Below, in pieces: positions 50,401 to 57,188 of a DNA stretch of 64,000 bases. Source of the stretch: a virus. The notes under the pieces are model-generated. The model ran no database searches, was not told the origin of the DNA, and saw only the letters and a program-made list of their open reading frames with translations. The stretch spans positions 1 through 64,000 of the IMG/VR virus record IMGVR_UViG_3300043774_000178, one strand, 5' to 3'. How positions within the stretch are numbered: position 1 is the stretch's first letter; every line of letters starts with the position of its first letter. The position numbers and the translations under genes are program-made.

Positions 50401-50672
50401 ACTATAATGACTTTAACAGAGGAAAAGCTTTTGAGTATACTTCAAAACAAGGTACAGTAATTAAGCTTGCAAACTGGAAAGACATCTTTGGTGCCAAGTT
50501 AGCATGGGCTAGATATAAGGACATATGGGATTACAATAGATTTATTCCAAATGAAAATATAGAAAAGATAACTGGTAACCAGCCTGGTGCAAATTTAAGT
50601 TCTTATGAAAATAAAAATGCTCCTGATGGACTTCCTCCAATTGATAGAACATCCCCTTCATGTGGAGGGTAA
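38460..50672 (+). CDS. virion-packaged DNA-dependent RNA polymerase (crAss-type) fused to a zincin protease and C-terminal accessory domains
   Basis: Catalytic AGSDFDVDK (45993-46007) preceded by RIPIQ; also ELHKR and GDGAGYIT motifs. Zincin HEAWH...EEELAEDF at 41088. The probable start is ATG 38460 (the ORF track starts at 38442). Confidence 0.85.
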   Translation: MKITCALSPTQLEKLYKLVYKNIITAVEKGDTTFDPNVYMQDLFTKMADNSSEDNAAKFIQQVPILLVSIQATPKVFRSGIKFPEGTDLRELDSRYTNSETGIGEILKDFGSSNINDLRSKVQMNARTQFDPTERDLEEQEIPSAPRLTSFNPNTGTLIEFQPVKPGKKAEDVLFQESINENRTTIYTTINRLRDAVDPTTQLVKDLVYQNRTLRLKAVPLETIDRDLLDQTTLKAIERSQVLRADKKTQAGVVQTDSMVALVVIDAETGDFVKFDETGDITDNVEGKIVYQFLRPIAKDSNGKYVVTDFFAKERRIAKPDLVATKTYFPEMGISYEEYLKQVDKEQQEDFKKIEELRKKVLSGEDIELSIISVTDGIAPSETGIRLTIQKINDNYYGDLNWESIFKTTRILNKKEKGLGEGVAVVEIKGKEYAIDRKDIPNDKAEEISYVLTNPNIPFETRLSFYHQFFGDKISPSAVSHKITYDVDTKEFKIFIYNETYAQNKNRKEPRGIDISDAALKKASPEFLEKLRYNIEQRLKKGKSSVSGTMYAAKMSYVSDLFKGNKAFFTYDINTQEFTPTNYTKFITSLNPEITTALEGTENFNASIVFNMPSSIESKIEQTNKNLKAEKEDPELSVKENKDDLVSYLKTVGDAETALVDTLNITESKSGSTLTFTSPSNGSEITVGLDPKAIDENLIPEKEGIITLGLATVETDDIYVEDAIEVFHNGQLIGYVRETSTPQERVEREKFYKDKKKEILAQRLAEQNQILNPTNVTQPSDTKQKPGKKTKIDPSKFSGLNRSNLLDNGVTQEQITAAEKWWSSHPLNKVIGLEHLTNIVNSNAFARFTSSAQKLTDPSLLGKITFYKGGSLVDIYHEAWHAFSQLYLTRDEKIKLYEEVRRATPKLADASQREIEEELAEDFRTYAKNQKVKKDSPVRNSLFRKILNFIRSFFGKNPASQEVSNNLSDNTVVKELYDKLFFANQNPSLLNDYTPLIDNVMFDSLNRGPQRVDNRKEQALSKADADKAVESLDSILSDYIDEIHDVRKSQGDANLKSGSIALLSSQVGEDGITNKERLYDYAKSEFQDKLEYWQDQLGEISGANFNKLNSVEEIERNAIGIIRSEKGKHKYFFLTSQVENFDNLIPELKRGQRVKGQAYYNINVVSDFYSHKNIKVGDRPITIALVSDVRDAEIQYDNYIKGGNQDVTIFEQKNQPNLVPLTPEQQAIQNKVRLLEKVLENWGDANTGFVKYHMENSDFDIIKETFVEVEYDEAGVEVDETSPEDGKGSDDTFNDKTGKVSLEKLANKETVYLLKSLFKIDRKTGETIEDSLGFKQRADYREVWNAVVRAMGGEKNRVKAYEKLKKAVSHTPELKQLIEKKFPMPEGITNPYEFNISSSFWQTFSRPRVPYLQLTAYMNVEKVYDPISGSETSKVRSVNTEVTTASVEVSSTLRKFETKFKTDLNNPYVTRTASNETLLKVQEVAKAFANKKTADLNVADSFNFARAIGFYVDDLLSIKKELKDNPGQYGLQYIYDVVKGFAAIEAKGAEATVEQSKKLLEFKRNPVQVLSSEIPKGILGDKSVNMSTNVDRLAKLQINLGVDSSNYSVFSADRNKVFEFINDHSISRMVDAINDVNKLTELWTESEYKYMSYLDWNKNTFTQKSQILKSLFDFTDPEFEKREGKSLKLFNDSGTQAVINENGRTEFFTGTNTTSQDINGKFIQELHMMLKGGVQEFIRHASKKTAQGVKVDGGIIGGIEKGIDPNLYVDISMFKPDGAGVSYAFNQILLPYITVEFDRIQKFKANKEKYLNFLGYNNRVGGTKENPIYAGEVFTAFDNVITDSVKQKLYNLPLGTDLNAYLRSNPSLRLELQRDVEQYFKEQTLDNISMLEENKFIDSSLFDKLGMPAPVNETREQKLTREKEAEALLVKAYTYNSWIHNFETIHLFYGDMAQYNHIKEELHKRNTGSTSGGIKFLSDKPAQDFINNSFNLKTYGAKLAKDLKDDNYNSFFFDGTLNSAVIQDIERESVYLTEIEEALREDYTESLKKFNYTDKQVKEIVDKRIKEEIKAYKKMTEGDGAGYITLDAYRTLKKLSNEWTDDVQEKIYQDIINGRPVKAKDIKEFFPVYKLQYFGNIDTGKDNLPVTAMHKFALTPLIPSVFKGTELEKMHKEMLRNNVQYVTFQSGSKVSGVTSNGKVDDIYADSERKTLKDKMEFTPNKIYLEYLKDVTKVPNKFKETITYPTQLRGLLLDGIYNEGNIIDKVFTEPANQYKNAVDGYSELLKIELLNEIGYEYDEKTGKYTGNLQDFLEMVQKELEKRDLPEQLVKFVGVNLDKSLRTDLSLHLEADTIEKILLSVVQKRLIKQKVKGEAFVQIPSSMTNGGWGSKFKLGTVEDRKKFMGSNTLPFYKRNKGGKTSAMKVAVALQGDFENLLKLKYNDEVIGDINTLNEAIKDDAWLEKHREAITLAGARIPIQNLNSMEFAEVYHFLDPTAGNMIIVPTEIVAKAGSDFDVDKIFFSLPHIDKKGRFIKTKLTNQELEAKIKAAKKPKEKAAVKALIKEQKQALENNLISTTRGILEVDKNYSNLVRPNATYLMQDMVESLEDYVVDYSRYNTMHDEGIRMFTDNDGKQKRVISPTRTLEARYNLQKHQVNMVGKDTLGIVALENKQHPIWKSIMAKMPLFYKEAVWSNGLGKYVEIPEIDKFMYLRMNHNKIGDNISMSSMYSKDGDRISDLISHMMNGLLDVEKDPWVFFIQANLEQIPVINYLLQAGVPKKEAIYFAAQPAVREYAKVQRNLKSTFSAFNSATPINEAMIAAQAAKIVFENNFGNSSLGEQARDERLGQVFDKFKNKDVYITYGVKGTSEVYEGPLKGFEDFYFTYNVANKVPIFIKGINEAKTGRILFQPSVNPVASSNIYYSSKIVNGAKNFTEEELYDNIKNNRFDLGSFLHFLEIEQQIKGIQAVKRQANPDTKLVKTAYQINKQELAYENVVDSSKVDNDLPVAIRERSILSSFYASKLTKDLVTPVFPLRLNNEINDFITNRLNFGSQRIKKRFGAGVDGQEKFTSSFNNGVVNYIFQNYLSNYIDNSGKATVLPTVYREMTVISAPFKEGDNEYFIHVDKANKTINVDLEELKDIYDNGLYLRSNREEGSYNDIGLYSFIDANNPFDTFESFVRYTIEEAHLRSIYTPESLKGNKTYERYEKIVKRGLKDAKQSEIDAKAFNAYIAQRALLNVYNPNAIMKTDLFSYSDQIMSVIEDYQGTSLMDTYPILNQFEIAQFPAKRGVKLITLKDKSLAEGDVAFGYYQQLRQLGDINIRKVNDPVENKRISDLFKVFTNMMIYQHGIGYSPYGFPKVLDPDPFVEVMRNASARFMQGNLNNDTLSSIYETVVSDSPLQKDFRNYVKTVEEFNKGVKEIDNSSENPEEIEGESEGTSTQPTAQPATGGTISSTIYELNPNITEKEIKKIYNNYVALMNLRREGKQISYKTFKSLLDSYQVYKYKDTYIFGQYDNKNAVFITRMNSSPTSKELLAEAIPNLVSKGLDFMSFVPKDYAEKLVRSGYTSSTDSYSYNFKGEKMQKFAVASNPLIFQKVFNKKFDEVTAEEIEDYADSVELKYKPVEINADLIQQAGNDLSKVLETYLGQFGIRVDDINVIKDKLKVDELGFADILSKVAYVKDKKDLPPIAGEFIAYMMQYNPLVQSIVNDLIQTNAILIPKDSYTFNEQGNKVYNYKSLDKTEFFKYIGKLISEDLQNKLEGNYNKSLVQKIKDLIKTFFDYINRTHIDRINTNVGIISNNILQQNKKLITSSLYKPGAFGQPTQQVDIEFALKQDQFGASIIYSLANEGFILTGSTALSEQGTILRPDENPLHDIDWVSPFNRKETEEKFLKVYPDAVKVRDIYGEGYITDSYLIAPEGHSIANYKADNFNGKIIMNSYDVLDSSGAVVGTYRLQKQENNNQMEEVVTGVEGKVIDFFSYENYNDFNRGKAFEYTSKQGTVIKLANWKDIFGAKLAWARYKDIWDYNRFIPNENIEKITGNQPGANLSSYENKNAPDGLPPIDRTSPSCGG

Positions 50673-50702
50673 TTAGTATCTTAGTATAATAATCTTTAAG
50701 AA

Positions 50703-53700
50703 ATGCCTTGCAGAATACAAATTGAAGAAAAAATAAGGACTCAAGCAGAAGATGCTATCAGACCTTATAGAGGAAGAGACTACATAAAGCTAAGAGTAGA
50801 AGCTAGTAACGTAAATAAAAGATATGGTTACCCTGTTGTACAAGTATCACAATGGGAAGCTGACATCTATGATGTAAATGTAAATGTTCCTGAGCCTTTG
50901 ATTGAAGAGTACTATCAGAATGAACTCAGAAAAGAAGAGGAAGAAGCAAGACAAAGTCAGATAGAAGATGCTGAAAGAGCAGGTGAAATATATAATGATA
51001 GATACCTGTTTGATAATAAACAACTTGTCTTAAAGACAATGGCAGAGCAAGGGGTTGATGACTATGATGAAGTCATGAGATCTCTTAAAGAAGATAGAAT
51101 AATGCAAGTAGCCAAACTCCTGGGAGAAAGATTCCAGAAAGCATTTGGTATACCACATGAAGTTATCACAGCAGCACAAGCAAGAGAGTTATTAAGAGGT
51201 ACTAATATACCTTACACAGGTGAGGCAGCATTCTATTATGGGAATGTTATATATGTAGTAGAAGGTAATATGAAACCTAGTGCAATACTTCATGAGTATG
51301 CACACCCTTTTATTCAAGCATTAGAAAAAGATAATCCACAGTTATTTGAAAGATTGTTTTACAATCTAGCTACCTATGATGTAGGTCAACAAATCATTCA
51401 AGAGATAGAGTCTAAGTACCCTGAGCTTGAAGGAGATACGCAAAGATTTAAACAAGAAGTTTTAGTTACTGCACTTGAGAGAGCAGCACTAGATAACTTA
51501 GCTGAAATAGAAAAGAATGATCCTGACTTTGACAACTTCATTTCTCAGTTATTATATGCTATAAAGAAGATAATAAGAAAGCTTGTAGATAAAGTAAACT
51601 TAAAAGAGCTTAGTCCTAATACTACAATGGAAGAGCTTGCTGATATGTTTCTTGATCCACAGTTTGTAATTGAAGTTCCTAAGTTCTCAGAAGATTCCTT
51701 TGTATACTTTAAAAAGAATCTTAGTGATTTTACTACACAGCTTCAAGACATAAAGTATGATTCTCTAATTGATACAATTAATAGAGTACATCAGGAAGCT
51801 AAGTATGAGATTGCAGCAATTAAAGCAGCACCTTTTAGATTAACAAAAGAACTTTCTGGTAAGGATGGTATAAAATTATTAAGAGGTGTAGAAGGAAGTT
51901 TAAAAAACTTTCAGACATATGAAAAAGATCCATCAAAAGCTGATCCTCAAGTAGTAGCTGATGCTATGTTAGACCATACGGAAGAGTTTAATAAAAGAGC
52001 ATTAGCATTGATTAACAGCATGAATGAGATGGAAGTCTTTGCTGAGAATATTGAGAAGGTTCTTGATGAGATGAAAGAAAACAAGGAGCACTTTACTTCT
52101 GTAGGTATCTCCAAGATAATGTACTTCAAAGATTTTATAGCAAGACAAAGTGAGTTCATAGATGAGATAAAGGAAATATCCGGGCTCAAGAAAACAAATG
52201 AGTTCTATAAGAAACTTAACTCTATTGACAATACACTACAGGGTGCATCAAAACAGATTAAGAGATTACAAAGAGAGTTTGTAACAGACTTCTTTGGTAA
52301 ATCTACTAATCTTATGACTACTAATCTGGAAGAAGGTATAAAGGAAAGGATTACTAAGGTATTTAAAGCAGATGGTCTTAGTGATGAGATGATTAATGAG
52401 TTTTACAAAACAGTAATTAATACTCCAAACGGTAAAACTATTACAATTAAAGATGCAAACTATCCTCTCAATCCTAAGAGAGCTCAGAGACTAATCAATG
52501 AAGTAAATGAATACTTTGCTAAAAGACTTGGTAAAGAACAGATAGATGATTTTATAGAAGGGAGAAGAGATGACTTAGGTTTCTTTAGTGCATGGATTAC
52601 TCCTTATGCAAATATTGATGATCCTCTAGTAGGTTCATTTGCAAACTTTATAAAAAGAGAACTAAAGAAAGCAGAGAATAAAAGTTTAAGACAAGCAAAT
52701 GATATTGCTCAAAGAACTTTTCAGTTACTTAAGGATGTAGGATATAATCCTAATAGTACAGGGCAGCTAGCTAAGATGGTTTTATTTACAGATAAGGTAG
52801 GTACCTTAAATGATAAAGGAGAGTATGAAGAGTTTGAGGTTAGAAGTTTCATGGACAAGTTTAAAAACTGGAGATATGAAAGAGGAAAACTTCAGCATGA
52901 GTTTGATGAGGCTAGAGAATCTAAAGATAAAGATGCAATTAAAAAAGCTTATGATGCTCTTTTAGAGTTTGATGAGAAGTACATGCATAGAAGGTATAAG
53001 AAAGAGTACTATGATTTACAAAAGATTTGGAAAGAAGGAGCAAGAGTAATTGACCCCTTTACAAAGGAAGAGATAGTTGTTTCTAAAGAAGATGCATTTC
53101 AGGCATGGTTAGAAAGACAAACAGCACTAGATAAGTTATCAGTTGTAAAGAATGTACACTTTACTGAGTTAGAAGATGTAGAAGGTTTCTCAATGGCTGA
53201 TGCAGCTAATGCTGAATACCAAAGATTATTTGATGTATATAATCCAGACAATACACCTAAGACTGGTGAAGAGCTTAGAAAAACTTTATTAAGAAGATTC
53301 TACAGATCTGAATCAAGAAAGTTCTATGAGTATCCTATAAGTATGGATAGAGTACAGCAAGATCTAGATAACTTTATAATTAAACTTGCTGGTGAAGGCA
53401 TCACATTAGAAAACAATGAAGAAAAGTTTAATGAAAAACTTGAGAAGTTTATAAGCGTAAACTTCAGAACAGCATATACAGATGAGTACTATTCTGAAAA
53501 AAGAAGAATACTATCTGATATTAGAGCAATCAACAATAGAGCAAAAGCTAATCAAGATATTCTAGATAAAAGAGAAGACTTAAGTAAACAGTTATTTGAG
53601 TTAGTAAATCTTGTACTTGATAAGAATGGTCAACCTAATGGTATTGAGTTTACTCCTGAGCAGATAAAAAGAGTTAAGACACTAGAAGAAGAAATAGCTA

Positions 53701-56564
53701 CTATTGATGCTCTGTATGATAAGAAGAGTGGATTAGCATTTGATGACTTAGATAGATACAGAAAGTATGAGTATAAGCTTGCTAATAACAAAAGTCTAAC
53801 TGAATCAGAAGAAATAGATTATCAGAATTTATTAAAAGCAAAGAATGAATTTGGTCTAAGTGCTGTTGAAAAAGCTAGTTTAGATGCTTTGTGGATTGAG
53901 TATAGGGGATTAGCTCAGAAACAACCTACTGAATATTACTTAGAAGCATTTGAGTATGCACTAGGTGGTTTAAATGTAGATCCGATTACTATGGATAATG
54001 CTGATGAATGGATCAATGGTCCAGAAGTAATAAAAGCATTAGCTGAAAATCCTAAGTTTAAAAACTGGTTTCTTAGAAATCATATTGTTAAAGAAGTATT
54101 TGATGCCTCTGTTTCTGAAATGGTGCCTAAATATTTTAGAACATCTGTTTGGAGTGTATCAAGACCTTCCTCAGAAAGTAGTTACAAGAAAACAACTTTG
54201 GTACATCCTGTAACTGGAGAACCTTTAGTTATTCCTGGAGTACCTGCTGGTAAATACTCATATCAAAAAATAAAAGATCAGTATCTAACAATTCCTAAAG
54301 GTTCAGATAAAAAACAATATGTAGGAAAAATCATAGATAACATGGGTAACTTTCTACCTAGAGAGTATAACCCTAATGATCCTGATTCTGCATATGATAA
54401 AGCTTTTATTAACGAAGAGTATGAAGCTCTAGATAAAAATAGCTCTCAGTTTAAACTTCTTGAAGAACTTAAAAAGATATTCTTAGAAATTCAAGAGGAG
54501 ACAACTAATTCAACTAAACTGTATTTAGATCTTCCTAGGATGAGGATGGTATCTAATTTAGAGTATGTTCAATCTGGTCAAGGAAGGGAAGACTTTAAAA
54601 CTAAGTTAGAGGGAGTTACATCTGTCATAAAGGCAATGGCAGGTAAAGATAGAGCTGCTGATGCTGCAGAAGATGGATTTAATGCTGATGTTGAAAGACA
54701 GTATTTAATAACTACTGATATGCAAGGTAAACCTCTCAGCAGAATTCCTGTAAGAGGTTTGTATAAACTCAAAACAAGTGAAGCTTCTCAAGATGTATTA
54801 AAAGTACTTTATGATTATTTATACTCTATAAATGAGAGCTCAGCATTAAGAGAATCAGAACCATTGGTAAATGCAGTTAGTGATGTATTAAATGATCCAG
54901 CTAATGCTATCAAGAAAATGGATGGTATTAGTAAGCAAATTAGAAAAGCTACTGGTAAACTTCAGTTTATTCCTAAAGGTAAGGGTAATCTTAGAGCTCA
55001 ATCTATTGATTATCTTATAGATAAAGTATACTACGGTCAAGGAAATGATACTCTTACAGAAGAGAATCCATTACTTGCTAAGTTTAGTAACTTCTTAATG
55101 AGAGCTGCAAGTAGATCTTTCATTGCATTAGATGTACCATCTGCACTTAAAAACAGATTTGGTATGATCTTCCAAAGTCTTATTGAAACTGCTGGTGGAA
55201 AGTTTGTTACACCTATGACTCTAGCTAAAGGTAGAGCAAAGTCTTTTACTACAATAGTTGAGTTAAGTTCTAAAGGTATCTATGATAGAGGACCAAAAAG
55301 TCTTGACTTACAGATTATGGAATACTTTGATCCTATAACCGGTAAGACTAAGAAAGACTTTGGTAAATCTTCTTCTAGAACTTTTATGAAAGATATGATG
55401 GACTTCAGTTTTCTATATGACTTTAGAAGACTAGCTGAAGTTGAAGCATCGTTACAAGTATTCTGGGGGATGATGTACCATAAAAAGGTAACTCAAGTAC
55501 AAGCAGATGGTACAGAAAAACAATTAGACTACGCTGATGCATTTGAACTTGATCCAGAGACTAAGCAAATAAAACTTAAAGAAGGTATTGATCCTGAGTT
55601 TGCTCCATATGAAGTAAACCATACATTCACAGAAGGAGATACTATGAGTAGTATAGCTAAGAAGTATGGGATTACAGAAGATGACTTAGCAGCTAGAATA
55701 AGAAGAGATGATCTTTCTGATGTAGAACCAGGAACAACTTTAGAAATAGGTAAGAGTACCAAGTTTTTAGATTTCCAACAACAGGTTACTAATATAGGTA
55801 AGATGTTGAATGGTCAGGTAAACTCACTTGATAGTTCACAAGCAGATAAGTTTCTTCTCTATAGACTCTTCACCTTCTATAAGAAGTTTGCTACAGGTAT
55901 GTTCCTAAATAGATTCCAAGCAGACCTAGCTAAAGATAATAGATGGGGTCATGTATATAACTGGGATTTAGGTACTACCTCAAAAGGTTATTATATATCT
56001 GCATACCAAGGTATATATAAAACTCTAAGAGATTGGGGAGCTTACTATCCTATGATGACAGATGAAGAAAAGATAGCTATTAGAAAAGTTGTTACTGAAA
56101 TTGCTGGAGTAATTGTACTAGGACTAGCTATAGGAATGTTATTTGGATATGATAAAGGAGATGAAGAAAGGTTTGAGAAAATGAGACTCCGTAATGAGAA
56201 GTATGGAGAACTAGGTGGTAAAATCACTAATCATATTCTCTATCAGTTAATGATGGTTAAGCAGGAGAATGAGGCCTTTGTACCAATACTAGGTACATCA
56301 GAGATGGTTAAGTATGGAGATAAGACATCAATTGTATTTGGACCTACCATCAATCTCTATGTTAAAATACTAGCTGACTTATGGAATACTGCTACAGGAA
56401 ATCCTAAAGCACTTTATAGAAATGATGCTGGACCATATCCTTGGCAAGAAGAAGGTAGATATAAACTATGGAACCACTTGTTCTCATTGTATGGTATTAA
56501 AGGTAAAACTTATGATCCTATACATGCTATCAAATCAGCTGAGACATTCCAAAATCTGAAGTAA
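50703..56564 (+). CDS. giant ejection protein with a zincin (HEYAH), a LysM domain and a C-terminal hydrophobic helix
   Basis: HEYAHPF at 51291-51305 with downstream QEVLV. LysM HTFTEGDTMSSIAKKYGIT...PGTTLEI at about 55620-55750. Hydrophobic IAGVIVLGLAIGMLFG at about 56100-56150. Confidence 0.75.
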   Translation: MPCRIQIEEKIRTQAEDAIRPYRGRDYIKLRVEASNVNKRYGYPVVQVSQWEADIYDVNVNVPEPLIEEYYQNELRKEEEEARQSQIEDAERAGEIYNDRYLFDNKQLVLKTMAEQGVDDYDEVMRSLKEDRIMQVAKLLGERFQKAFGIPHEVITAAQARELLRGTNIPYTGEAAFYYGNVIYVVEGNMKPSAILHEYAHPFIQALEKDNPQLFERLFYNLATYDVGQQIIQEIESKYPELEGDTQRFKQEVLVTALERAALDNLAEIEKNDPDFDNFISQLLYAIKKIIRKLVDKVNLKELSPNTTMEELADMFLDPQFVIEVPKFSEDSFVYFKKNLSDFTTQLQDIKYDSLIDTINRVHQEAKYEIAAIKAAPFRLTKELSGKDGIKLLRGVEGSLKNFQTYEKDPSKADPQVVADAMLDHTEEFNKRALALINSMNEMEVFAENIEKVLDEMKENKEHFTSVGISKIMYFKDFIARQSEFIDEIKEISGLKKTNEFYKKLNSIDNTLQGASKQIKRLQREFVTDFFGKSTNLMTTNLEEGIKERITKVFKADGLSDEMINEFYKTVINTPNGKTITIKDANYPLNPKRAQRLINEVNEYFAKRLGKEQIDDFIEGRRDDLGFFSAWITPYANIDDPLVGSFANFIKRELKKAENKSLRQANDIAQRTFQLLKDVGYNPNSTGQLAKMVLFTDKVGTLNDKGEYEEFEVRSFMDKFKNWRYERGKLQHEFDEARESKDKDAIKKAYDALLEFDEKYMHRRYKKEYYDLQKIWKEGARVIDPFTKEEIVVSKEDAFQAWLERQTALDKLSVVKNVHFTELEDVEGFSMADAANAEYQRLFDVYNPDNTPKTGEELRKTLLRRFYRSESRKFYEYPISMDRVQQDLDNFIIKLAGEGITLENNEEKFNEKLEKFISVNFRTAYTDEYYSEKRRILSDIRAINNRAKANQDILDKREDLSKQLFELVNLVLDKNGQPNGIEFTPEQIKRVKTLEEEIATIDALYDKKSGLAFDDLDRYRKYEYKLANNKSLTESEEIDYQNLLKAKNEFGLSAVEKASLDALWIEYRGLAQKQPTEYYLEAFEYALGGLNVDPITMDNADEWINGPEVIKALAENPKFKNWFLRNHIVKEVFDASVSEMVPKYFRTSVWSVSRPSSESSYKKTTLVHPVTGEPLVIPGVPAGKYSYQKIKDQYLTIPKGSDKKQYVGKIIDNMGNFLPREYNPNDPDSAYDKAFINEEYEALDKNSSQFKLLEELKKIFLEIQEETTNSTKLYLDLPRMRMVSNLEYVQSGQGREDFKTKLEGVTSVIKAMAGKDRAADAAEDGFNADVERQYLITTDMQGKPLSRIPVRGLYKLKTSEASQDVLKVLYDYLYSINESSALRESEPLVNAVSDVLNDPANAIKKMDGISKQIRKATGKLQFIPKGKGNLRAQSIDYLIDKVYYGQGNDTLTEENPLLAKFSNFLMRAASRSFIALDVPSALKNRFGMIFQSLIETAGGKFVTPMTLAKGRAKSFTTIVELSSKGIYDRGPKSLDLQIMEYFDPITGKTKKDFGKSSSRTFMKDMMDFSFLYDFRRLAEVEASLQVFWGMMYHKKVTQVQADGTEKQLDYADAFELDPETKQIKLKEGIDPEFAPYEVNHTFTEGDTMSSIAKKYGITEDDLAARIRRDDLSDVEPGTTLEIGKSTKFLDFQQQVTNIGKMLNGQVNSLDSSQADKFLLYRLFTFYKKFATGMFLNRFQADLAKDNRWGHVYNWDLGTTSKGYYISAYQGIYKTLRDWGAYYPMMTDEEKIAIRKVVTEIAGVIVLGLAIGMLFGYDKGDEERFEKMRLRNEKYGELGGKITNHILYQLMMVKQENEAFVPILGTSEMVKYGDKTSIVFGPTINLYVKILADLWNTATGNPKALYRNDAGPYPWQEEGRYKLWNHLFSLYGIKGKTYDPIHAIKSAETFQNLK

Positions 56565-56598
56565 AAAAAAAGGGGAGCTCAATTAAGAACTCCCCTTT
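56563..56598. terminator. bidirectional terminator between the convergent late and early modules
   Basis: A9-GGGGAG-loop-CTCCCC-TTT. Confidence 0.8.
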
Positions 56599-56628
56599 AA
56601 ACTTTAATCATTTATAAACTACACAAGT

Positions 56629-56802
56629 TTATTCTCCTTTTACAAACTTCAGTGCATCAATGAATTTGTCAACATCTTCAATGTGTACTGTGTTATCTCT
56701 TTTATCTACTTGGTTTTCACCACCTACAGTAATATATAATTCTGAATCTTCATAATCAATAGATACTGTAGTACCATTTGCATCTGTAAATACTATTGTC
56801 AT
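56629..56802 (-). CDS. small acidic hypothetical protein (57 aa; not in the ORF track)
   Basis: Translated by hand: MTIVFTDANGTTVSIDYEDSELYITVGGENQVDKRDNTVHIEDVDKFIDALKFVKGE*. It has an ATGA overlap with the upstream MazG-like stop. Confidence 0.7.
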   Translation of the reverse strand: MTIVFTDANGTTVSIDYEDSELYITVGGENQVDKRDNTVHIEDVDKFIDALKFVKGE

Positions 56803-57176
56803 AAGAATTGATTTAAGTTTGGTCTAAAATAGTTTGGACCTTTAGTTATCTTTCCATCTGCTCTCAAGATAGGTTTTCCATCTTCTCCAAGTTTACTCAT
56901 ATTACTGGAATGGATCTCATCAAATACGTCCTCAATTATGTGATGCATTCCGTGTTTTAGGATTGTACCACATAGGATATATAACATATCTCCTAGAGCA
57001 TCAGCAATTTCTTCAAGAGATTGTTTAGCACATGCTTCTAAATACTCACCATTCTCTTCATCCATTAATCTGTATCTTAGTTGACTTTCAGGCCACTTAA
57101 TTTTATCTGGAGTTTTTCCATTCTCTTGTCCAAAAGCATTATGGAATTCTTCTACTTTCTCAATTTGTTTTTTCAT
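56799..57176 (-). CDS. MazG-like NTP pyrophosphohydrolase
   Basis: V.EFH.AFG...LMDEENGEY...EIADALGDMLY...EIHSSNMSK...DGKPILRADGK. Confidence 0.85.
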   Translation of the reverse strand: MKKQIEKVEEFHNAFGQENGKTPDKIKWPESQLRYRLMDEENGEYLEACAKQSLEEIADALGDMLYILCGTILKHGMHHIIEDVFDEIHSSNMSKLGEDGKPILRADGKITKGPNYFRPNLNQFL

Positions 57177-57188
57177 GGTGCGAATTTA
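57177..57188 (-). promoter_or_regulatory. Bacteroidota-type -7 element (TAAATTCG) 4 nt before the ATG; probably a leaderless transcript
   Basis: The minus strand reads TAAATTCG-CACC-ATG; the consensus is TAnnTTTG. Confidence 0.45.

Noticed and set aside
50661-50672. C-terminal GG of the RNAP as a ubiquitin-like conjugation signal
   Set aside because: There is no beta-grasp domain or E1/E2-like gene in the window; the adjacent Cys is better explained by the terminal-Cys pattern.
40-56227. Many short antisense or alternate-frame ORFs in the track (e.g. 1866-2285, 10694-11119, 12163-12471, 27937-28326, 60686-60985)
   Set aside because: They lie largely or wholly within well-supported genes on the opposite strand or in another frame, and have no recognisable motifs; they are shadow ORFs.
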